From the IMG/VR virus record IMGVR_UViG_3300023174_000033, positions 248,001 through 312,000 of that record: a stretch of DNA of 64,000 nucleotides, one strand, 5' to 3'. The notes under the pieces are model-generated. The model had not been told where the DNA came from and ran no database searches. It saw nothing but the letters and a program-made list of their open reading frames with translations. Both the position numbers and the translations under genes were made by a program. The number at the start of each line of letters is the position of its first letter. The stretch's first letter is position 1. This document shows positions 1 to 7,782 of the stretch, piece by piece.

Positions 1-1937
1 TGTTCAATGTTAGCCTCGGAAGTTAATTCCGGATATAGCCTAGCTTGAGACATGATTGATTTTTTAGAAGACTCATTGAGTTGGGACCAGATTGGCTTTA
101 TGTTTTCGGGCATCAATCTAATCAATCTTTCTTCTAGGGTTTCATCCTTAGTTGAAAGAGATTCTTGTATTAGTCTTAAAACGTCAGACTGTGAGAAGTA
201 ACTTTTTTCGTTTATATAAAGTTTAACTTGCTCTTGCTCATCAATTGATAGATTATAAAAATCATCAGATTGACGCTTGCTTAAGAATTTCAAAAAATGC
301 ATTTCATTTGTTTCGGAAACTTTACGCTTGGTTGCTTCCTGAATTAATTTATCAATTTGCTTGGATAAGTCAGTGTCAGAATTTTTCTCATATGTATGAG
401 CTTCCTCTTCTTCTTCAGAACTCCAAGCCTCCTTTTCTTCTTCACTTTCTTCGGCCATATCCATATCGGTTGGGTCCATTTCCATGTTGTTGGTTTCCTC
501 TTCCTCTGTAGCCATCAAATGTGGTAATTCTTCCTCTTCACTTTCTTCAACTTCCATAGGATTCATTTCAAATCCCATTTCCTCTAAAGTTGGAAGTGGT
601 TTTTGAGATTTACTTTCATTGATTTTACCAGAATTCAAATGCTCGGAAATCATACCAGTGTAAGAAACTGCCTTATCTAAATTTTCAGCAATATACTCTG
701 AATAAGCGATGTTGTCATCTAGGTGTTCAGCAATATACTCTGAATAAGCAATATTACCCTCAATGTGTTCAGCTAAATACTCTGCATATGCAATTGAGTT
801 ATCTAGGTGTTCAGCAATGTACTCGGAGTAAGAAATACCTCTATCTAAATTTTCAGCGATATATTCTGAATAAGCAATGTTCTTATCTAAATTTTCAGCG
901 ATATATTCTGAATAAGCAATGTTCTTATCTAAATTTTCAGCAAGATACTCAGAGTAAGAAATATTCTTATCAAGGTTCTCGGCTAGGTATTCAGAATAGT
1001 CAATATTCTTATCAAGGTTCTCGGCTAAATATTCTGTATAGTTGATAGCCTTCTCTAGGTTTTCAGCTAAATAATCATTATGAGAAATTAATTTCTGTGC
1101 AGTGGATTTCAAATTAGAATTTTCATTTACTACTAATTGTACCTTTTCAGCTAAATAATCAAGATATTTAACGATTTGAGAATTAGTACTATTTAGTTCC
1201 TCATAGTATTCTAAAAGTTGCTCTAATTTCTTTGGATTAATACTACCGCTCTTTACAGCACTTTTTACTTGATTTTTAGTGGTAGATATCTCATTGATGA
1301 GATATTTTGAATAATCCGTCAGTTGTTGTTTGGTAACGAATTCGCTCTTGTTCATATTGAATATATCATTTATTTTGGACTCATCGGACATTTCATATAT
1401 CCTAAAGTTAGCTTTGCCTGAATAGTTTAGAGACTCATTTATTGAACTCATTTTAGCTGACGCGAATCCTGGATCGGCAACAATATCATATGTGAATAAT
1501 TTCTTCAAAGTTACTGTTCCGTCGGCCTCAGTCACACCAGCTGCTCTTGAAGATACAAATACTGGACAGTTATCCTCAACTAGAGCTTTTGCTTCTTTTC
1601 CCCAATAAGTATTGAGTAATTTGATTTGACCCTCAACTCTGTTAGCTTCTTTCACAAATTTTACATTACGTACAATGTGTGAAGATCTAGATAAAGAGGT
1701 GTCAAAAACATCAGGGTGATCAAATTCACCGTATACAACACCCATTGTGTTAATTCTTTCATTTAGTTCCTGTAAACATGGAATAAATTTTTCAGCAGTA
1801 TAAATTCTTTCATTGCGGTTTTTTTTATCAAACTCTGTGAAAATACCCCCTAAAACATACTCCTTTTTACCGTTTTGATTGCTAATACTCTCCTTCAAAG
1901 GATTGGTATTATTTTCAACGATCAAGATTGGTTTCAT
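1..1937 (-). CDS. Prohead core protease (T4 gp21-like) fused to repeat-rich scaffold-like region; 3' end lies beyond the window
   Basis: Manually translated from ATG at 1937 (MKPILIVENN...); frame read at several points is open down to position 3, so the ORF track omitted it for lack of a stop. gp21 motifs seen: NRNERIY, YGEFDHP, VSSRAAG, YDIVADPGF. Confidence 0.9.
   Translation of the reverse strand, partial: MKPILIVENNTNPLKESISNQNGKKEYVLGGIFTEFDKKNRNERIYTAEKFIPCLQELNERINTMGVVYGEFDHPDVFDTSLSRSSHIVRNVKFVKEANRVEGQIKLLNTYWGKEAKALVEDNCPVFVSSRAAGVTEADGTVTLKKLFTYDIVADPGFASAKMSSINESLNYSGKANFRIYEMSDESKINDIFNMNKSEFVTKQQLTDYSKYLINEISTTKNQVKSAVKSGSINPKKLEQLLEYYEELNSTNSQIVKYLDYLAEKVQLVVNENSNLKSTAQKLISHNDYLAENLEKAINYTEYLAENLDKNIDYSEYLAENLDKNISYSEYLAENLDKNIAYSEYIAENLDKNIAYSEYIAENLDRGISYSEYIAEHLDNSIAYAEYLAEHIEGNIAYSEYIAEHLDDNIAYSEYIAENLDKAVSYTGMISEHLNSGKINESKSQKPLPTLEEMGFEMNPMEVEESEEEELPHLMATEEEETNNMEMDPTDMDMAEESEEEKEAWSSEEEEEAHTYEKNSDTDLSKQIDKLIQEATKRKVSETNEMHFLKFLSKRQSDDFYNLSIDEQEQVKLYINEKSYFSQSDVLRLIQESLSTKDETLEERLIRLMPENIKPIWSQLNESSKKSIMSQARLYPELTSEANIE
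640..1085 (-). repeat. 42-nt (14-aa) tandem coding repeat, about 10-11 copies, consensus YSEY[IL]AE[NH]LD[KR]NI[AS]
   Basis: Recurring ttttcagcgatatattctgaataagcaatgttcttatctaaa units on the + strand; translation in the protease frame. Confidence 0.9.
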
Positions 1938-2053
1938 TTATAGCAATTTATTTTTATTATATATCTTCTCTAAAAAACCACTATTTTTCAAGAGGGATTT
2001 TTTATGGTAATATATAAAACTTTATATTATTTATAAAATATAACATTATACCT

Positions 2054-2464
2054 ATGATGTACAAAGTGGAAATAATTGAAAAAAAGAAGTCTTTACTTGA
2101 TGAAATATTTGACTTTTTGTTGGAAAAATCTTTTGAATTTAGAAGGAATTATAATATTGATATCAGTTTAAAGAAGAAGATTAACAAGGTGGAATATTTA
2201 AAGAAAAGCTCACCTATTAATGTTGAAAGTGTTTATGGTAGTACATACCAATCCAAATATAGAAGTAATGATCAGATATATTCAATATCCCATTCAATAC
2301 ATATAATAGAAATAATCGGCGATAAGATAATTGCGACCATAATGCCAAATGAATATGGTGAGGTAATTGATTTTGAAAAGGTGTATTTGAAACCAGTATA
2401 TTATAAAGACGAGAAAAATGAATATTGTTTAGCAACTTTTGATATTGATTTCAATATAAGTTAA
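2054..2464 (+). CDS. Hypothetical protein
   Basis: 136-aa ORF with phage-like composition, preceded by AAACTT-N16-TATAAC. Confidence 0.6.
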   Translation: MMYKVEIIEKKKSLLDEIFDFLLEKSFEFRRNYNIDISLKKKINKVEYLKKSSPINVESVYGSTYQSKYRSNDQIYSISHSIHIIEIIGDKIIATIMPNEYGEVIDFEKVYLKPVYYKDEKNEYCLATFDIDFNIS

Positions 2465-2473
2465 TAACCATAA

Positions 2474-2878
2474 ATGATCCTAACCAGAGACATATTAGTA
2501 AAGATAAATGAATCCAATTATTCATATTACGAGGAACTTGGTTATGAAGTGTCTATTGGTGAAACATTAGAAATTCCTATTGAACTACTTTCAACCGGAA
2601 GCCATTACAAAATTGAATGTAAGTGTGATGGATGTGGAATCCAAAAGGAAGTTATATTCAAGAACTATGTAAAATATGACAATAGATGGGGAGAATATTT
2701 TTGTAGAAAATGTTCTGAATCAAAACGAAAAGCGACTCTTAAAGAAAATTGGGGAGTTGAATATCCTATTCAGAATAAAGAAATCCGCAAAAAGATTGAG
2801 AAAACAATGATCCAAAAGTTTGGAGTAGATAATCCCTCTAAATCTAAAGAAATTTTAAGTAGGAAAGTTAAGGGTTAA
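2474..2878 (+). CDS. Zn-ribbon protein with GVEYP/GVDNP helical repeats (homing-endonuclease-associated DNA-binding module, no nuclease domain)
   Basis: CKCDGC...CRKC plus ENWGVEYP and QKFGVDNP units. Confidence 0.6.
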   Translation: MILTRDILVKINESNYSYYEELGYEVSIGETLEIPIELLSTGSHYKIECKCDGCGIQKEVIFKNYVKYDNRWGEYFCRKCSESKRKATLKENWGVEYPIQNKEIRKKIEKTMIQKFGVDNPSKSKEILSRKVKG

Positions 2879-2973
2879 ATTTTCGTGAATGAAAATGTAA
2901 ATCCATATCTAACCATATATTTATCCACATTCTCGAATAGATTTTATTTAGTGATGTTGAAATATATTAAATA

Positions 2974-4674
2974 TTAAAATTCAAATTCAGAAGATTCTTC
3001 TCCACCAGCTTCTGGTGATGCCTGAGCACCACCTGCTTGAGCCTCTGGAGCTTCTTGTGCACCACCTTCTGGCGCGGCTTGGGCACCACCCTCCATTCCA
3101 CCTTCACCACCCTCCATTCCACCTTCACCACCTGATGCGGCCCCACCTCCTTGTGCAGATTTGATCCAATAGGATTTGTTTTCTTCTTTTTCTTCGGCAG
3201 TGAGTTTCATTATTTTATCAACTAAATAATCTATGTGAAAATATGGCTGACCATCTGCAGTTTGAATTCCCAACAAGGTGCTCAATAACCCTGCTCTCTT
3301 TTCCATATTTCCAAGTTTTTTCCATTCCTCAAATAATTGATTTGAGACAAAATTGATGTCAACCTGATTCAAGAAAATTTCATCATCTTTCAATTCTGGG
3401 AACTCCATACACATCTGCAGTTTTAAAGGTTTAACAATTAACTCTTTGTAATTCGCTCTTAATCTATTAATAAAATTATTAAATTTAACTTCATCTCTGG
3501 TCATAGAAGCTGCGTCATCAAAGACCGTCCCACCACCATTCTCCTTGTCAAATCTTTGGAAAGGTATTTTAGAAGCTCGCTTTAATGCGTTATAGAACCA
3601 AGTCAACATATCATTTTCGTTCAAATTATGACCTTCTGGACTTACTAATTCCATGGCTGGGGTTCCAGCGTCTCCCTCTGGGAACCAAATTTGTTTATTG
3701 TAAGGCAAGTGTTTTTTCCCATTGATTGTAACCGTTCCTAGTGTATCATCCCATTCAATTTCTTCAGAGTAATCGGCAATCAATTGTCCAATCTGTTCCT
3801 CCGCTCTTTGTCTAGGTAATCCTTTGATTGGTATGGTGAATTTCTGATAAATTGTAGCATTAATAATATTGAACATTATACGTGTCTGCTCAAGTATTTT
3901 CAATTGATTATATGGTTTGATTAATCCTTCAACATATGAAGTTTCAGTGTAGTCATTTTGAGTTGAGTAAGAAATAAATACAATTTGAGAGTCCAAAAAT
4001 ATCCTCCTCAATTGCGGATCCTCTGGGAATTGTATCCATAAATTTCCAATAGCAGGTTCATACGCTGGTACCAATGTTTCGGGACGAAGTCTATTGAAAT
4101 AAATGATATTCTTTTTCTTATCGTCCCAAACAATTTCCATAGCAACATAACCATCAATTAAGAAGTCTCTCATCATGTTCCAAGCGGTTATGTTATCACC
4201 AAATCCAAACTTGTGATAAATTACCTCAAAGTATTCTTGGTACTTATCTCTCACATCTTGAGAGAAATCATTTGATAGGGGATCCGGTGCGCAGAAATCC
4301 TTTTCATCATTAAATATAATAGCTTCGTCAGCTACCGCTGATAGGAAATCCCTAATTTCATCTTTTATAGAATATTCTCTCAATATTCTTCTTTTATCCG
4401 CATAAGCTCTATCTAAATACGGAATTGATTTTTTATTTAACACAGAAGCTACCGCTTTCTGTGAGAAAAAATCATACATTGAATTATTCTTTTGGGAAAA
4501 TGGGTCTTCATTAATACCAACACCCACAGTATTTCTCAAAATCATATCATCATATTTCATTCCGAAATTGGATAGATTTCTGAGTAATCTATTGAATAAT
4601 CCCTTATTTTCAACAGATGAATTCAAATTCATTTGATTTTGATTTTGTTGATTGAGGGGGTTATATGAAGCCAT
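2974..4674 (-). CDS. Portal protein (T4 gp20-like)
   Basis: FLIDG, LIKPYNQLKILEQ, KGLPRQRAEE, TRDEVKFNNFINRLR motifs; Gly/Glu/Ala-rich C-terminal tail. Confidence 0.9.
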   Translation of the reverse strand: MASYNPLNQQNQNQMNLNSSVENKGLFNRLLRNLSNFGMKYDDMILRNTVGVGINEDPFSQKNNSMYDFFSQKAVASVLNKKSIPYLDRAYADKRRILREYSIKDEIRDFLSAVADEAIIFNDEKDFCAPDPLSNDFSQDVRDKYQEYFEVIYHKFGFGDNITAWNMMRDFLIDGYVAMEIVWDDKKKNIIYFNRLRPETLVPAYEPAIGNLWIQFPEDPQLRRIFLDSQIVFISYSTQNDYTETSYVEGLIKPYNQLKILEQTRIMFNIINATIYQKFTIPIKGLPRQRAEEQIGQLIADYSEEIEWDDTLGTVTINGKKHLPYNKQIWFPEGDAGTPAMELVSPEGHNLNENDMLTWFYNALKRASKIPFQRFDKENGGGTVFDDAASMTRDEVKFNNFINRLRANYKELIVKPLKLQMCMEFPELKDDEIFLNQVDINFVSNQLFEEWKKLGNMEKRAGLLSTLLGIQTADGQPYFHIDYLVDKIMKLTAEEKEENKSYWIKSAQGGGAASGGEGGMEGGEGGMEGGAQAAPEGGAQEAPEAQAGGAQASPEAGGEESSEFEF

Positions 4675-4726
4675 TTAATTTAGTATTGTGTTTTTAAATA
4701 TACCAAGTATATATTTTTTTTGAAGC

Positions 4727-5398
4727 TTACAATTTTTTGATATTACTTTGCACCCTTTTGATATGGGATTTTAAAACATCAAACTTTGATGAGATTTCCT
4801 CATCTATTTCTATCAAATCAGTCATCATAAGTTTTGACATCTCACTATGTCTTTTAGATCTATCAGCTGATTTTGCTGATTGTATTGAATAAAGTTTTTT
4901 GGGATCATATTTATTTATTGGATGTCCCGAATATAGAAATCTGGGAACCGTGTTCATCTTTATCTTATGAACAGAAACCACATTATTCAAAACATATTCA
5001 ACCAGAGAGTATTCCAGCCCTATTCTCAATAACTCATTGTATACCCCTTTCAAGTCAACAGAAATTGGAATATCTTTTTCAAAGGTTTCTTTACTCATGA
5101 ATTTATCAAACAACTGAACTCTTAATTCAATAGGTATAAAATTCAAATTGACGGCATAGAGTATAATTATATTTTCAAGTTTTTTAACACCGGCGGTAAA
5201 AATTGGTGAATATTTCATCCAATTTGAATCATCTTTATAATGTATAAAATAAAACTCACCCATTCTCATTGATGTCATAGGCACACTTTTTACAAATTCA
5301 TCAGATTTTTTATACTTTAGTGCAAAAAAATCAGAGTTTTTATAGTAGTCTTCTCTTACTAATTTTTCTAATTTAGCTATCTCCGATAATTCACCCAC
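4727..5398 (-). CDS. DNA end protector protein (T4 gp2-like)
   Basis: GEFYFIHY...YSPIF...AVNLNFIP.ELRVQLF pattern; adjacent to gp4-like gene. Confidence 0.65.
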   Translation of the reverse strand: MGELSEIAKLEKLVREDYYKNSDFFALKYKKSDEFVKSVPMTSMRMGEFYFIHYKDDSNWMKYSPIFTAGVKKLENIIILYAVNLNFIPIELRVQLFDKFMSKETFEKDIPISVDLKGVYNELLRIGLEYSLVEYVLNNVVSVHKIKMNTVPRFLYSGHPINKYDPKKLYSIQSAKSADRSKRHSEMSKLMMTDLIEIDEEISSKFDVLKSHIKRVQSNIKKL

Positions 5399-5442
5399 TA
5401 TGAAACAAAACTTTAAATTATATATAATTTTAACTCTATCCT

Positions 5443-5949
5443 ATGATTAATAGTGCGCCAAAACAATCAACAAAATACAGACAGGGATTGTATGTCCCGA
5501 GGAATCTAAATAAAGTCATAAAGCTAAATTCCCAAGGTGGATTATATTATAGGTCTGGTCTTGAACAAAAAATGATGGTATACCTTGATTCCAACGAGAA
5601 TATAATATTTTGGGGAGCAGAACACTTAAGAGTTCCATATGTAAAAACTGAATGGGTTTCTGAAACTCAGGAATTTAAAACAACTGAACACGGATATTAT
5701 CCAGACTTTTATTATGAGTTGAAACGAAGTGATGGGTCAGTATCAAGGGTGGTTGCAGAAGTAAAGCCACATTCAGAAACTATTGAACCAAAACTTCAAG
5801 AAAAACCAACCTCAAAGCAACTCAAAAACTTTGAGTATGCTTTGAAGATGTATAACAAAAATCTTAGTAAATGGAAAGCTATGATTGAATATTGTGAAAG
5901 AAAAGGTTTTGAGTTTATAATTATAACAGAACAACACCTCAAATATTAA
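5443..5949 (+). CDS. Head completion nuclease (T4 gp4-like, TnsA-type PD-(D/E)xK fold)
   Basis: YRSGLE, WGAE, YYPDF, EVKP, NLSKWKA, FIIITE motifs. Confidence 0.85.
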   Translation: MINSAPKQSTKYRQGLYVPRNLNKVIKLNSQGGLYYRSGLEQKMMVYLDSNENIIFWGAEHLRVPYVKTEWVSETQEFKTTEHGYYPDFYYELKRSDGSVSRVVAEVKPHSETIEPKLQEKPTSKQLKNFEYALKMYNKNLSKWKAMIEYCERKGFEFIIITEQHLKY

Positions 5950-6311
5950 ATTGAGTGTAGCCCCATTCCATCATTTGACGATTCAATTGAAATCAATCTA
6001 ATTTGATGATCATTATCCCCTTTCTTTTTATAGAGTTCATTGAATCCCTTTGCTAGTCCACGCTTGAATACCTCTGTGAAATACGCAAAAGCATTATGAG
6101 ACTTTTCTTCATTGAAGTTGTACCAATTAGAAAACATATCCAAGAGGCCCGATTGATAACAATCCATGCGATCATCATTGTTATAATACCTCATTTTTTT
6201 GATTGTCCTCTTTGCTAAAACCTCAAGCATTGACTTGGTCTTATTTGTTAATTTTCCTTGTGCCTTGGAAATAATTATTTCCATATAAAGGTCCTTGTTT
6301 GAAAGATAAAT
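5946..6311 (-). CDS. Late-transcription sigma factor (T4 gp55-like); probable ATT start at 6311 (first ATG at 6284)
   Basis: DCYQSGLLD...NFNEEKSHNAFAYFTEV matches the gp55 core; the gp55-like YLSNKDLY segment lies in frame upstream of the first ATG. Confidence 0.75.
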   Translation of the reverse strand: MYLSNKDLYMEIIISKAQGKLTNKTKSMLEVLAKRTIKKMRYYNNDDRMDCYQSGLLDMFSNWYNFNEEKSHNAFAYFTEVFKRGLAKGFNELYKKKGDNDHQIRLISIESSNDGMGLHSI

Positions 6312-6400
6312 AACTTTAAAATAATTTTTATTTTTGAATAAATTTCAATAAAAACGAATTATGTTTTTTATATATCATTATATTATTTTGTTTAAAATAA

Positions 6401-6422
6401 AAAACCCTCCGAAGAGGGTTTT
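6401..6422 (-). terminator. Intrinsic terminator
   Basis: aaaaccctc-cgaa-gagggtttt; TTCG loop and U tract on the minus strand, directly after the 429-aa ORF. Confidence 0.85.
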
Positions 6423-6426
6423 AAAA

Positions 6427-7716
6427 TTATAGTCTTTCTTTTTCTCTTTCTTTATATTGAAGTTCTCTAATTGCTAAAATTTCCTCTTCTAAAGTATCTT
6501 TTCTCTTTCTTAAATTTCCTAATGCGATTGCTAATGAGTTTGATTCTCCAATCATTTTCATAGAACTTTCAATTTTGTGGATATTTAATTCAACATCTTC
6601 TAATTTCAAAGTAATTTCTCTTTCCTTGTCTTCTAATTTCCTCTTTGTAATTAATTCCTTACTTAAATTATTTTCATAAAAATAAGTAAGGTCGTAGTTT
6701 AATTCATTTCTTACTTCATTTACTAATTCCAATGCTGACTCATATTTGAAGAATGAATTGCCATATCTCTCATCACATCTGTAAAGATAAATAGCATTCT
6801 TATAATTAAATGCAAAAACCTCAAGATGTGGGTTAATCAAGTTAGATACTCTTTTAACAACATCCATCTCAACTAATTTGTTCAAATTATTTGAAGTCTC
6901 AAGTAAGATAGGATAAAAATTCTTGTTTACAATTGGAATGATTGGTGATGCAAATAAACTTTCAAGTGTAGTTTCTTTGTTCATTTCATCGTCATTGATA
7001 AAAAGAATACCCTTTTTCTTGGTAGAAAGTCCGATAGTAAGATTTTCAGAAATTCTGAAGTTAATTCTATCATCATCAATTGAAGCAAAACGCATTCCAA
7101 CTTCAAGATTTCTAAGAGTTCTTAATTTCTCTTGATCTTTCACATGATTTTCTAAAAGTGTTTTTTCAATATTATTTTCTGTTAAAATAAACCATGAATC
7201 TCTAACTAAACAGCAATAACCATCTTCAACCTGCTCAACAATTGTATAAACCGATTCAGATTTCCCACCAGATAATAGATTAGTTTTCTTTTCTGGTGAT
7301 TTGATAAGATTGTGTACAAATAATTTTATTTCTGGTACCCAGTCATAAATCGCTAATTCATTAAGAATTTTTGACATTCTATCTTGATCTGACTCTAAAT
7401 TAATAGTCTGTAGAAGCACATTAATAGGTTGTCTGTAAATCTGTCCTTGATTTTTACTATCTAAAATGTTGTATAAATGTTTTAATTCATAAAGTAATTG
7501 ATATTCTTTTAGATCATCATTTAATGACTCGAGTAAAAATCTTACGGATTTATCGAATGTATATGTCTTCAATGTTTCATTTAATGAGTGAATTACCTCT
7601 TTTTCTGAGGAAGAGTTTAAAGCATTGATGTGGCCTTCTACTATAGCAGAAACCTGGATATCTTCAACAGATAGGTTTTTTCTGAAGTTGAAAAGCTCTA
7701 ATTTGAGATTCTTCAT
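6427..7716 (-). CDS. Hypothetical protein with C-terminal coiled coil (probably virion or morphogenesis)
   Basis: 429-aa ORF with its own late-type promoter and terminator. Confidence 0.7.
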   Translation of the reverse strand: MKNLKLELFNFRKNLSVEDIQVSAIVEGHINALNSSSEKEVIHSLNETLKTYTFDKSVRFLLESLNDDLKEYQLLYELKHLYNILDSKNQGQIYRQPINVLLQTINLESDQDRMSKILNELAIYDWVPEIKLFVHNLIKSPEKKTNLLSGGKSESVYTIVEQVEDGYCCLVRDSWFILTENNIEKTLLENHVKDQEKLRTLRNLEVGMRFASIDDDRINFRISENLTIGLSTKKKGILFINDDEMNKETTLESLFASPIIPIVNKNFYPILLETSNNLNKLVEMDVVKRVSNLINPHLEVFAFNYKNAIYLYRCDERYGNSFFKYESALELVNEVRNELNYDLTYFYENNLSKELITKRKLEDKEREITLKLEDVELNIHKIESSMKMIGESNSLAIALGNLRKRKDTLEEEILAIRELQYKEREKERL

Positions 7717-7782
7717 AATAATGGTTATTATTTTTTATTTCTTTGTATATATATTCACTTTTAAAATTATATTTTTTCAATT

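Noticed and set aside
640-1085. 42-nt repeats as CRISPR or origin iterons; + strand ORFs 245..511 and 788..1045
   Set aside because: Repeats are in-frame coding units of the minus-strand protease gene; the + ORFs are antisense shadows.
2474-2878. Active homing endonuclease
   Set aside because: Only the Zn-ribbon and GVxxP repeats are present; no HNH, GIY-YIG, LAGLIDADG or PD-(D/E)xK domain.
5443-5949. TnsA transposase / mobile element
   Set aside because: TnsA-like fold is expected for gp4 head completion proteins; context is gp2 and portal, with no TnsB or terminal repeats.
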